In this document: positions 1-11,450 of the stretch, piece after piece | How the letters are laid out: every line of letters starts with the position of its first letter | Position numbering within the stretch: the first letter of the stretch is position 1 | Assembly (NCBI GenBank): GCA_001643675.2 | Contig: LSRY02000024.1 | Coordinates: 372,001 to 436,000, forward strand | Source of the DNA: Monocercomonoides exilis PA203 | Taxonomy: Eukaryota > Protista > Preaxostyla | Direction: 5' to 3' | Length of the DNA stretch: 64,000 nt | Made by a program: the position numbers and the translations under genes | The notes under the pieces: model-generated | What the model saw: only the letters and a program-made list of their open reading frames with translations | Databases searched by the model: none | What the model was told of the DNA's origin: nothing

Positions 1-1670
1 TATCTCTAGGAAAATATCACCAAACTTGGTTTCTTCCTCTTCAAAGAACAACTGAAGTTCTTTAAGAGGAAATAAAAGAAGTTCATTTTTGATCACATCA
101 TCAACAAAAATTAATTCTTCAACTCAGAAATACAAACATTATAATAATGTTATCTGATGAAACAACAAATGTCATAAAGACAAAGCCATCTGGTTTTTGC
201 AAATGTTAGGCATTTCGGAATTGGAGGAATTCTGCGAGAAAGGACTTTCACTTGTTTTGAATATGTAATTATTGAATCTCTATATGTGTGAATTTTTTTG
301 TAAAGTTCCTTTTGTTTTATTTTCTAATAAAATAAAAATTTCATAGTTTCATCAAATTTCTGTTCCCACTCACGAAATTTCTCTTTAATGGAAATTTAAC
401 CTAAGCAATACTATTATCACCATCACAGTGAAATTTCGTGAGTGGGAACAGAAATATGATAAAAATATGAAATTTAAGTTTCATTTGAAATTTCAACAAA
501 AGGAACTTTTCAAAAAAAAAAAAAAAAAAAAAAAAAGCCATATGTTCAAAAAAAATTCTTTACAGCTTTGAAAAATGGATCACCACAAAATTTCACAAAT
601 AATTGAAGCAGTTTACAAATATTGGAGAAATTCCTTCCATTTTCGATAAAGACATTTTTGAAATATTTCCTTCACCAAAACTTCCAATCACTTTCCGATG
701 AGGAAGCAAACCATCCGTGCAAAAGCATAGCACCTATCAGTGAAGATCTCTGATTTCCGTTAAAATCTGTGTAATAACCATCAAATAAATTGAAGAAGTG
801 TTTCATGTTTAATAAATCCTTTATTAAATATTGTTTTGAATTCGCCTTCAACCGGATAACTGCAATAACTGTGTTCTTTTTGTTGAAAATAATTCCTCCA
901 TCAATCATCACTTTTACCATAGAATAATTGATATTTTTTTATCCTTTCAGCGATTTTTTTGTTCACTTCATCATGAATGATTGAAGAGAGTTTTCTGTGA
1001 TTCAAACGTGGAAATATGGACTTTGTTGACAAAAAAGGATTTTGTTGTGAGATCTGTATTAATGTTGAAATAATAGTTTAAAATACCGATGAGAAAGCAG
1101 ACAAGAAAGCTATGTTGCAATGACTGATCAGCTTCAAAAAAAGACTATTTAAAGAATCATATTGAAAATGATGAGGTGCGATTTTCATTGCATATATAAA
1201 TTTTTGATTGCTTGAAGAACATGGTGATTTTGAATATTGAACAATTCAGGAATTATTCAATAGAGAACATTGATGATTGCACATCCTTTCGCTTCCTGTT
1301 TTTCCACATATCCCGCAATCAACTCCTTGCTTGCTGTTAGGATATAAATAGTATATGTGTCCATCCTTTTTAAACGATCCATAATTTTTGACTGGAGTGT
1401 ACGCTATCCAAAGTCTGTTATTGTTCACTTCAAAGTGAACTTTTCCAATTTCTTCACCTGTATTGTTGGGGTGTTTGAAATCTTTTTTTTAATGTCGAAA
1501 AAGATATGATGTGACTTTTGATCGTAATAAATCTTTTTTGCACATTTTCCAAAATTAGTGGTTTTCGAATATTCCAACCAAACAAATGAACAATTATTTC
1601 TTTTCAAATCTTCTTTTTTTTTTCTCAATGCATCGCTCTTCGACAAAAAAAAGAAATCAAAACAATTCAT
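1..1670 (-). pseudogene. Decayed Cys-rich ORF, possibly a SWIM/CxC zinc-finger transposase (KDZ/Zisupton-like) remnant, interrupted by a MITE
   Basis: Collinear minus-strand fragments 1425..1670, 1246..1428 (VDCGICGKTGSERMCNH, SWIM-like), 672..920 (IDGGIIFN) and 'ICE/FCGDP' at ~575-605. The family assignment rests on motif resemblance only. Confidence 0.3.
286..539. mobile_element. MITE (long imperfect foldback), ATAT TSD
   Basis: Arms include tttctgttcccactcacgaaattt / aaatttcgtgagtgggaacagaaa and aaagttcctttt / aaaaggaacttt. ATAT lies on both sides. Same family as 36533..36772. Confidence 0.8.
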
Positions 1671-1801
1671 TTTTGTTTCAATAAAACAATGTTTTCAAAC
1701 TTCTTCTTTTGTCTTTCCGTAATTTAATAATTCAAGACAAAAAAACTTTATGAAATCATATTTATTTGAAACATCCATAATATTAGCTTTCTAAAATTAA
1801 A

Positions 1802-1885
1802 GTTGATCTATTCGATAGATTGTTCAGATTAACAGACTGATCTATATGACAGGCTGATCAATTCGACCAACTGATCTTTATCGAA
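1802..1885. repeat. Degenerate ~17-bp tandem repeat (YTGATCWATTCGACAGA-like, ~5 units)
   Basis: Units ttgatctattcgataga / ttgttcagattaacaga / ctgatctatatgacagg / ctgatcaattcgaccaa / ctgatctttatcga. An inverted unit (agatcagtcgg) occurs at ~2173. Confidence 0.55.
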
Positions 1886-2416
1886 AAAATATAAAAATAA
1901 ATTTATTTATGCTTTGTTGACAAACAATTAATTATATCGCAATATTTGTTCATTTTATCACTTTTTTTTGTTTGAATTGAAAATAAAAGAAAAAGACACG
2001 AAAAAAATTCAATAAACATTTGAATTAATATTTTTGCAGGCAGCCTTGTCTGATTCTTTCAAAAAAAGTCGGTCTGTCGCAAAGGCAGACAAACGAATAT
2101 TGATTTTTTTGATATTAAAAAAAATTACAATGCGTTATCAACAAATGTATGTTCCAATCAATTTGTCTGCTAAGATCAGTCGGTTAAATGGAAATAAAGG
2201 GTTATAATTATTTTTTTATATTGGCCCTTTTTCTTTATTCTGACCCAATAAAAAATGAAATGCAAAAAGTTCAAAAAACAACATTATTAAAAGAAAACAG
2301 AATCAGAATTAATTCTTCTGATTACTTTCATTTTTCTTTCATCTCAATTTTTTAGAATATTTTTTTATTTTCATCATCTGAATCATCGTTTTCACATGAA
2401 AAAATTTTCTTTTTAT

Positions 2417-3880
2417 TTATTTCTTTTCATCCACAACAGCCTTCACTTCATCTTTCTCCTTTTCATCCATTTCATCTTTCCTTTCAATATTCATCTTCAA
2501 ATGATTTTCCCATTTCTCTAAAAGATTTTCGTTGGTTATCACTTTTCCATAAAAGTTGAATCTATTTCTGTGGGAAGGACGAGGATAAATCGAAGATTCT
2601 GCCAGTTTCAAAAGAACTGGCCCAGAAGAATTGTGAAGAACACCACTACAGACAAAAGCTTTCTGAATTACAGAAGGAGAGAATACAGTGAGGATAGCGT
2701 GAGACAGAACGTCTGTTATTGCAGCTCGTTTTAAAGAAGATGGAGAGGAATGTGAAGCTTCAAATCTGTTTGTCAGTTCAGATTTGAACACAGCAAACAC
2801 TCCTCTGTCCAGCGGTTGACAGAGGTGTGTGCTGTGTGGCACGAAGGTTAAAACGTAGACTTGTTGTTTTTGGAATTCTCGCCAAATCGATGGATCTGCG
2901 CGAGATACATGAGAATCAAGAAGGAGAAGAATGTGTTCGTTTTCAAGTGACATGCGCTTTCTTCTTTCGATGACAAAAGGAAGAAGAACGGTGAGAGCAT
3001 ACCTTTTGAAGCACTCGTTATCCATCCAGCCGCTTCCATTTGCCCATATCTCAAGCGTTGGAGATAACAGGCTTTTCAGCTCTTCTGGCAGGTTGACGCT
3101 TGGCCACAAAATGACTGAAGGAAAGGCATATCCGTCCGCTGCAACAGCTGCTACGAATGTGGAATTTATCATTCTTTGTGGTTCTTTCGTAAAACCTGCT
3201 TTTTCGTCTGCAGTATGCACGACAAGCTGTTTTGAGTCTGTGGGAACGCGCGTTGAAGATTCATCGATGTTTATCATCAAAGCTGGATTATCATGGAACT
3301 TTTCATGCAGCTCGTCAAGTGTTTTGTACCAGGGTTTAAAAACACTTCTGCACGAAACAGCCAGTCTGTTGATGTCCAAATTCTTCGGTTTTCCAGTCTT
3401 TAGCTCCGGATGGCGCTTGACAAAGCCATTCGTGGCAGACATTGAAACTTCTGAAAATGGAGCGTCTTCGTCATCGTTGTGGTTAATAACATTTTCAATC
3501 TGGAAAACAAATGATTAAAACATATAAATAAATATTAAGCAAACCAATTCTCTTGTTTTTTTTAAAGTCAAACATGTTCCAGACTTTGCTTCAATGTGAA
3601 TTATGTCAAAAACTCTTTGTTCCTTTTTTCCAACAACTGCTGCAGGTCTGCCAATTTTTCCAACCAGCCTTCCTTTTCTGAGAACTCTCACAGCATTTTT
3701 TATTCCATTTCTACTTAATTCCTTGAAATAAATAGCATCCGTCATGCGAACAACTCCGTCAACAACGATGTGGGCCATTCGCTCCAGCAGACTGTGATAA
3801 TTCCTGTACTTGCGCGAAGACATTGCACGCTGCAGTTTTTTCTTTCCTTCTTTAAATTTTGTTTCTGTTGATATTTTCAT
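2417..3880 (-). CDS. pogo/Fot-like (Tc1/mariner superfamily) DD35D transposase, 2 exons (3880..3545, 3499..2417), ~472 aa
   Basis: DDE_1 motifs NIDES, LLLDSHVSR and PHSTHLCQPLDRGVF, with 35 aa between D2 and D3. A 45-nt GTTTGC...TTCCAG intron (3544..3500, phase 0) joins the N-terminal exon (GRP motif) in frame to the catalytic ORF. Confidence 0.9.
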
Positions 3881-4844
3881 TTTTTTAATAATATTTTTAT
3901 TATCATAATAGTTTTTTATTTTTTTAATTGAAACGAAATGAAAAAAAATTCGAAAAATACATTTTTTTTCACAAAATGAAGGTTTAATGTCCCATGAAAC
4001 CCTTCAATTCCACACAGAAGTTCAATGAAGGGGCTTAACCCCCACATTCCTACCACATGCGAAATTGGGTTTGAAACAAAATGAATTTATTTTTATCCAT
4101 TGCACTCATGAAAATTGTGAAAACATTTCAACAAAATTCAAAATTGCATGAAAAGATACAAATAAGAAAAATAACTTTTTCATTTCGAACAACACTCATC
4201 ATTTTGTTATATATTAGAACAACAGACTAATTCAGTCTGTGAATTCAATAATCAAAATAATTATTGTTTTTGCCTGGATTAAATTGTAATTATTTAGAAT
4301 AGTTATGAAAAATTCTTTTTGAGAAGTTATCTTTTCGCGATAGATGATATTTTGAAAGTGAAAGAATTGACTTTGAAATGAAAATAACTAAAAATAAATA
4401 AAAATTCAGTTTGAAATTGAAAAGTGTGAAAATTGTTAAATACCTTTCTTTAAGAGTGGAAAAAAAAGTTTCATAGAAAATGTTGAATATTTTAATGTTT
4501 TTCAATAATTGTTAAGTTTGAATGAGAAGAGAATTGAAAACATAGTGTTGGAAATAGAGAAAGATAATATTCATAGACTTGTGCATGCAGAAAGAGAAAA
4601 AACAAGAGATAAAAAAATGGGCAAATTATGAGAAAGGGTTAAAGAACTTGAGATAATAGAATATTGAAATCTTATTATTTGATTCATACACAGCTTTGTG
4701 TTTTTATGAAAAGAGAAAAAAGGAGAATTTGCACTTTCCTTGAATTTCAGAATGAACATTTCTTTTTTAATGATAGAAATTATCTTTGCTCGAAAAAATT
4801 CGTGCAAAATTTTCAAATGATGAAATCAAAATTCTTCATGAAAT

Positions 4845-5110
4845 GGGGGAAAATACGGACTTTCAAGCATTTTATGCACAAAGCAAGAAAAAATTGTTTT
4901 TCTCATAACATTACTAAACTTTCTCAGATTTCAAAATAAATTTGATTTTCATATCCGTAAACAGGCATCGTTGAAATCATAACATAAAGTTTTCCAACAT
5001 TTAACGAATGTCAAAAAATAGACCGATTTTTGTTGTGTTTTTTGATATCAAAAAGTCAATGAAAAGTGCATGATTTATCAATGAAAATGCCAAAGTGAAA
5101 TATTTTTCCC
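4845..5110 (+). mobile_element. MITE family A (~265 bp)
   Basis: Ends GGGGGAAAATA...TATTTTTCCC. The internal sequence is shared with 12735..13001, 19083..19346 and 26817..27084. Confidence 0.85.
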
Positions 5111-5365
5111 AATATTAAAAATATTGAAATCAATTAATTTTCATAGAAGTTATTTTTTAACATTCCTCACAAATTCAACAAATCAAAATCACATAATTAT
5201 TAGTCAAAGTCACATTTGGTGAACATGCAATCTTTATGCATGAATAAAAAAATATTAAAATTTGACAATTAAAATATTATTTATGCTTGTCAAATGAACG
5301 CGGAAAGTTGTAAAAATCAAAAAAGAAAAAAAATAATATTTATATATAAATAATAAAAAATATAT

Positions 5366-6400
5366 TTATTCTGTGTATTTTGAAGCTGATGCTCCATCAT
5401 CTGCTCCAAATTCATCAAAACTCGAAAGAGAGTAATTTTCAGAGTTGTTCTCAATAATGTCATCAATATCTGGCAAATTTTGTTCCTCGTTATTTTCCTC
5501 ATAATCATCGCCTTCATCAATTTCTTCTTGTTTTATGTGAATAAACTCAACAAAATTAGAAAAGTTCATATTTAAGCAATTTTTGACAATGAATGAAGAA
5601 ATATTGTCTTGAATAAATGTATCCCTCATTCCAGAAACTGGTAGAAACTCTTTGAAATAAAACCACATCCCTTCAACAGTGTTTGTGCATACTCCAGTTG
5701 CAGGATCCACATTATGTCGATCGTGCAAAAAAATTTTATGAATATAACCTTCTTTTGCAAATGTTGCATTTGCTCTCCAAGAATCACTCATTACAGCAGT
5801 TTCAGGCAATATGTGCAGTTTTATAATTTGTAATAAAGTATTTTTTGATAGATCTTTGACGATCCATAACATTTTTTTCCAACTTTCTGACATTCTCTTC
5901 TTTCGATTACACAAAAGATCCATTATTGCTTCTTGAACCTTCCTCTTCGATATTTTCTTCGACGATTTGAACATTCTTCTATTTCCACTGTCTTGCTTTC
6001 ACATCCAAGTTGGATAGGCTTGTTAATTTGGTACTGTATTCAAGCATATCTGCATATACTGTACCCGTAACCGACTGAGTGCCTGTGAATATTCAACAGA
6101 AGACAAGGATGTTTAATGGTCATTCCAATCCAAAAAAAGAGAATAATCATCAGCACTTTTGAATTTTGATGTGCATTTTGTTAAACTGACTTCCATGAAA
6201 TAATGAACGTATAACCCCACATTTTTTGCATCTCCAATACTTCTTCCCTGTATTCTTTCTGATAAAATTCATTGCAATTCTGTGTCTGCTGCATCAAAAG
6301 ACTTTTCATTTCAGTGTGGTTCCAAACATCCATTAACAAGCTTTATTTTTGTTAAGAAATGTCTTCATAGCATATGAACTTCTTTTCGATTCATTTGAAG
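5366..6400 (-). pseudogene. Merlin (ISXO2/IS1595-like) DDE transposase, frameshifted
   Basis: WRCKKCG zinc ribbon; KTVEIEE..RRRKYRRGR; ILPETAVMSDSWRA; HNVDPATGVCTNTVEGMW; acidic C-terminal tail. Confidence 0.85.
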
Positions 6401-6450
6401 TTTCGATTAAACAGAAGAAATAATGATCACATCCCATAAATTCAAAAATA

Positions 6451-6848
6451 CAGATATTGCATAAAATACCGGACATCGCACAAAATACCGGACAAGATCG
6501 TTTTCTCAATAACCACTCAAAGAGAAAAGCTGATAATATTCCTCTAAAGATATCTTAACATAACTAACTCATCTGGCATATCAGACTTTCATTTCCGTTC
6601 AGACTGAATATTAAAAAAAATATTTTTTGAAATCTCGGAGAAATTTGATTTAGTGTTTCTCCGAGATTTCAAAAAATATTTTTTTTAATATTCAGTCTGA
6701 ACGGAAATGAAAGTCTGATATGCCAGATGAGTTAGTTATGTTAAGATATCTTTAGAGGAATATTATCAGCTTTTCTCTTTGAGTGGTTATTGAGAAAACG
6801 ATCTTGTCCGGTATTTTGTGCGATGTCCGGTATTTTATGCAATATCTG
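6451..6848. mobile_element. Perfect foldback MITE (Tc1/mariner-type: TA|CAG...CTG|TA)
   Basis: Perfect palindrome: arms 6446..6643 and 6656..6853 with a 12-nt spacer. TA flanks. Subterminal direct repeat aaaataccggaca occurs twice per arm. Confidence 0.85.
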
Positions 6849-6994
6849 TATTTCCATTATTTTTTTTATTTACAAATTTATTTCCGCACTTCAATTCACC
6901 TTTTCTATCACATATTAACACTTTTGATTAATTAACAATGCACTTCATTAAAAAATAATTTAGGTCCACCAAAGGTGACATTTGCCTTGGTTCT

Positions 6995-7551
6995 TTAGGA
7001 GATATCCAAATATTCACCCTCCTCTGTAATTCCAGACTCGGACATGTCCACCCTTTCCAATTCCGTGAACCTGCAGTCAGAGAAAAGCATTGTGATAACA
7101 ATAACTTTCTGTGTGAGTGTTTTGAAAGTTAGATTGATGGTGGGTCCCAGTTCATTATTGAACTTAATCAGTGTTTTTGGATTCCATATCTCAGGCGCTG
7201 TCTTTTTCATTGCAGTATCAGTCCTTCTGAACGACAGGAAAAGTGTTCCTTTTATTGGGATCTTTCCCAAGGCTGTGTTGAATGCGAACGATGAGAAAAA
7301 GGAAACTGCTGCACTGATCATCTGAAGCACGGACACTTTAACCCCTCTATTCTTAAGGATAAAAACATGTCTGCACATTTTGCAGTCCTCTCTGGTAGAT
7401 TGTCTGGTATTACTGAGTGTCCGCATAATTTCCATTGTTCAGCAAAACGTGCAAATCCGAAAAGGTATCCATCCCATGCGGATTGTGCAACGCCTTGTCT
7501 GCATTGCTCACCAATCTCCTCTGAAAACTTTCGTTCCTGTAAAGCTTGCAT
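6995..7551 (-). pseudogene. DIRS tyrosine recombinase fragment
   Basis: AQSAWDGYLFGFARFAEQW (core-binding-like) and QKVIVITMLFSDCRFTEL (catalytic Arg box I). Truncated before the H-x-x-R and Tyr motifs. Confidence 0.75.
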
Positions 7552-7658
7552 CCACCACTGTTGACCTTTTCTTTTGAGGGATTCAGAAGAATGAGCCTGA
7601 GCTTCTTAGGAGGAAGACTTGCACCTGTCTTCCTCATCGATAGACAATTTTTCAACTC

Positions 7659-8342
7659 CTAGAAATTGGTGTCCAGCTCCAAACTGCAGAAGTTGCTGTG
7701 GCGCAAAAGAACTTCCCAGTTCTGGCCTTTCCAGTTCAGCAGAAGAAGAACAATTTGAGCTCTCTCCTGCTGTGCTTTCCGAATCACCATCGGAATCAGC
7801 GGAATCGGAGGATGAGCAAAAACACATTCCTGACTCCAAGGAACTGACAGCCCGTCTTCGGCTATGGGGCTTCCTACACCGCACCATCTTTCCAGCTTGT
7901 GGTTGTGATAAGCCGCGAACGCGTCGAGAGTCGGTTTGTCTTTGGTGAGCGATATAACTTTTTCGAAGGTTTTTTCTTTTATGGTGTAGTCCCCTGCTCT
8001 TTCGAGTAAAGATAATGAGTCTGCTCTGTTGTTCCGTGTCCCTGGAAGATGTTGAGCTTTCATCTGCACCTTCGTTGCTTCTTTCCACTTCCGTATCTTT
8101 CGAAGAACTTGACTGAGATTTTTTACCGCATTCCACCGATTGATGTTGAAGACAACAGAGCTGTTGTCCGACCTCAATAGAAGTTGAGATATTTTGTTGG
8201 TTCTGATTATTTGTGAGAAATTGTGGAGTGCCAATAACACGGCCAACTGTTCCCTATAATTAAACGATTTGCTGCGAGCATATTTGTGGAACTTTGCATT
8301 CCAGTCCAGAATTCCGTTGTTGATTCGAAGTTTCGCTTCCAT
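7659..8342 (-). pseudogene. DIRS RNase H plus N6-adenine methyltransferase-like domain
   Basis: RNase HI motifs SFNYREQLAV, LLRSDNSSVV and HLPGTRNNRADSLS. MT-domain motifs TLDAFAA, DGLSVPW, VFAHPPIPLIP and NWKGQNW. Confidence 0.85.
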
Positions 8343-8402
8343 TGCTTGCTCCTATGTATCAGTTGTCAGTGTTGCCTGAGGAAAAAATAATGGTTGGAGT
8401 CG

Positions 8403-9596
8403 TCAAGGCTTGTTCAGGTTCAGAATCCATTTCCATTCTCGAAGTTCCTTCAGCACAGAGGCATTCATCTTCATCGACTCGCTACATCCTGATTTCCTCA
8501 CATTTTTCTGGGGCAAACGATGAAAAGCCACCATCCGGAGTGAAGCGTCTTGTCTGATAAAGCAGACTGCATTTATCTTCCCAATTTGTGAAGCGAAATC
8601 TTTTATACGAACGTGTTTGTCCTTGACGCCCTTATTCTTCCAGAGACTGAGGAGAGTTCCAAGAGAAGAAGCTCTGTCTTTTACAAATCTTGCTGTGAAC
8701 TCCTCTGTATCCCAGTCAAAGCCCAAATATGTGAATCTCTTCGTTGGTTTCAACTGGCATTTGTCCTTGTGAACAATTAGTCCCAAACTTTCCAAGAACA
8801 ATATCATTTGGCTCCTTTTTCTTTCTAAATACTCTTTGTCCTGGTGGAGTATTATCATATCGTCGAGATATGCAATGACTCTCACGTTCCATCTTTCCTT
8901 TATGGCTGTTCTTTCCTTCCTCATAATCTTTGTGAAGACCATCGGTGCATCCATGAATCCAAATTGCATTCCTTCGAATGAATAATCTATTCCTTCGAAC
9001 CTGAAACTGACATTCGGTTTTAAATTTGGTGAGAACAGGATGAGGTAATATGCTTGAGCCAGATCCAACGTTATAGCATAATCGTCTTTCTGAATGAGGT
9101 GTTCTACAGTTTTCTCGCTCTCGCATTTGAAGTGTTATCTCCTTCTTGCTGCATTTATGGAACGACAATCCAGGATCTGATGCCAGGCACCCGATTTCTT
9201 TTTGAGAAAATATACATTGTTTCTGAATATAACCAGATAAACAGTGCTCACGCTGATAATGCCTGTATCCAGTTGCTCCTTTAGCACATCTCTGAAAGCT
9301 CTTAGATGTTCATTGCTCATTCGCTTTGCTCCATCTCCCCAAGATCTTTTTTCCAAACTTTCTTTTGCTCTTTTGTCCTTTCAACTGACATGTGCTCCAA
9401 GTCTGATTAATCATCCTCCCTTTATCTTGTCCCATTCCTGCAAATTCATTTCAGTTCGGCCTCCAATTATTTTATGCGAGTTCCTAAATATTTCTTTCCT
9501 CCCTCGGAACTCCCTGAAACTCCCCTGTTCCAAGCTTCCACTGACTTTCTTTGGGAGTTTCGATAAGGGGGTTGACTTCGAATCGTCCGGGACCAA
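8403..9596 (-). pseudogene. DIRS reverse transcriptase (frameshifted)
   Basis: KKSGAWHQILDCRSIN, DLAQAYY, MQFGFMDAPMVFTK, AYLDD, FTYLGFDWDT. Confidence 0.92.
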
Positions 9597-10221
9597 CTTC
9601 GAAAAACAGCCTTCTGCTTGAGCCTTTCGCCTGCGTTGTTCTGAATGATGATATTCCTACGTTATCTGTTCTCTTATAATTAATCACCTCTGTGGCTTTT
9701 TGAATTTGCTTCTGTTCCATGCGAACATCCTCCAAAATGTCTTGCTGCCTCCTTGTTAATAAACCTCCCGTCGTATCTGCCTCCATCTTTCTCGTTGCTG
9801 AAAACCCAGATCTGCCTTGCATCCTAGCTCTTCTGGCTTCTTGAATTGCCTGGGTCATTAGCAACAAAGCATCTCTTATCATCTCGCAAGCTAAATCTGG
9901 TATCATCTTTATGTTCTGAACGGATAATAACATTGCTGTGAAAGCTGGAAATAAACATCTTTCGGATTGCTCGCCTGCCTTGTCCAACGCTTCGCGAAAC
10001 CAGAACTGTGACCAAACTGCTGCTGGTGGGCTCTTGCTAATTACAGGATTAAAATCAAACTCGTTGAAAAATGTTGCAACCTCTTCCAATTCAGATCTTG
10101 ATAACTTTAAATCAAAGAGGGAAACTGTTGGATCTGTTTTGTAAATTGCTGTTAAAATATCATCCATGAAATCTATTTCTTCTTCTGAACCTTCTCCATC
10201 ATTTCCCTGTGCAATGCTCAC
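9484..10221 (-). CDS. Putative gag-like ORF1 of the DIRS element
   Basis: 245-aa helical ORF immediately upstream of, and overlapping, the RT region. Assigned by position. Confidence 0.6.
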   Translation of the reverse strand: MSIAQGNDGEGSEEEIDFMDDILTAIYKTDPTVSLFDLKLSRSELEEVATFFNEFDFNPVISKSPPAAVWSQFWFREALDKAGEQSERCLFPAFTAMLLSVQNIKMIPDLACEMIRDALLLMTQAIQEARRARMQGRSGFSATRKMEADTTGGLLTRRQQDILEDVRMEQKQIQKATEVINYKRTDNVGISSFRTTQAKGSSRRLFFEVGPGRFEVNPLIETPKESQWKLGTGEFQGVPREERNI

Positions 10222-10369
10222 TTTCTGTTTATTGAGGTTTTATTTAAAAGTTTTCAAAAAACATTAAAACATATTTATTTGTAACTAATATGATCACTAA
10301 TCATCATTATTCATGTTTATAATCATCGGAAATGTGTGTGGATGAAAAATAAAAAATAAAAAATAAAAA

Positions 10370-10438
<69 letters not shown>

Positions 10439-10487
10439 ATTTTAGTTCATTATCTGAAGTTTTTTCTTCTTTTGTCTCGAGCACTGG

Positions 10488-11450
10488 CTATTCTTCCTCA
10501 GTTTCTTTATCTCCCAAAATATGTTCAGTTTGTGAGATTTCGGAATCTTCATCTTCAACTTCCTCTTTATGAAGATTCTCTGATGGCTTTTCCACCACTT
10601 CATTCTTTACGATTGCATGTGAAATATCTTGGAATTTATATCTCAAAGAAGTTTTTTCCAGAAACATAGCTAAATGATTTGCAATCAATGGTTTTTTCAC
10701 TCCTTACTGAGTGAATGATTTGCGCAATGTTCCTCTCAATCCCTCGAATGTTTAAGTGCATGCACTTGTAACAGCATCAATGAAATTTTTTTTTGGCAAA
10801 CAGTTTAATGAGTGTTATCGTTTTTATCCAAAGTGGAGTGTGCTTTTCACTCATCGCTCATGATTGTTGAGTTGAGTTGGATTGTTTCGAAAACGATTGG
10901 AATAAGAGTTTCCATCTTTCTGTAAGACACAACTTTTTTTAAACGATAACCAGCTCCCCCTCCCTCCAACCTCTCAACCCCACCAAATATCCAAATTTGT
11001 TCCTTTCTTCTTCCCCTTTTAAATTTTTTTCTCCTTCACATAGCTTCATTAATTTCGATCACTTTTCCTTCTTCTCCTATTCCGTTTTTATGTTAATTCC
11101 AAATTTCCATTCAGGAAACTCTCACTACACTGCACCAAAATCCAACAGTTTTCCTTTCCACTCCCAGCATTTTCGTAATGAACTTAATATTTGCACCTTC
11201 CCAATACCACAAAATGATTCTCAAAACCTTCCCTAAACCCAATTTATTCCCAAAGAAAACTGTTTCATCATAAATAGATTTCTTTCAATTGCATTTTGAA
11301 CAGGATCAATATTTGTAAAAACTTTTCACCTTTAAAAAAATCATTTGACTTCTGCAAAGGTCGCAAATTTTCGCTTCGTTTTTCTAATCATTTTCGCAAA
11401 ACCACCATTCTTTTCCTTTTTCATCTTTAATCTGAAAATCCTTTATTTCC
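10488..11450 (-). pseudogene. Merlin (ISXO2-like) transposase remnant
   Basis: Hand translation gives EGKVIEINEAM*RRKKFKRGRRKEQIWIFGGVER, NSTIMSDE*KA and NFIDAVTSACT*TFEGLRGTLRK, then an acidic tail. The 5' limit is approximate. Confidence 0.8.

Larger units (their letters stand above)
6960..10230 (-). mobile_element. DIRS-like tyrosine-recombinase retrotransposon, degenerate and 3'-truncated
   Basis: Gene order is gag-like (9484..10221), RT, RNase H plus MTase-like, then YR, all on the minus strand with several frameshifts and stops. Confidence 0.9.

Noticed and set aside
1802-1885. CRISPR-like array
   Set aside because: The units are contiguous, degenerate and spacer-less, the context is eukaryotic, and there are no cas genes.
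10345-10435. Poly(A) tail of a retroposed element
   Set aside because: It is on the strand opposite to the adjacent DIRS and Merlin ORFs. DIRS elements lack poly(A), and similar homopolymers occur throughout the window.
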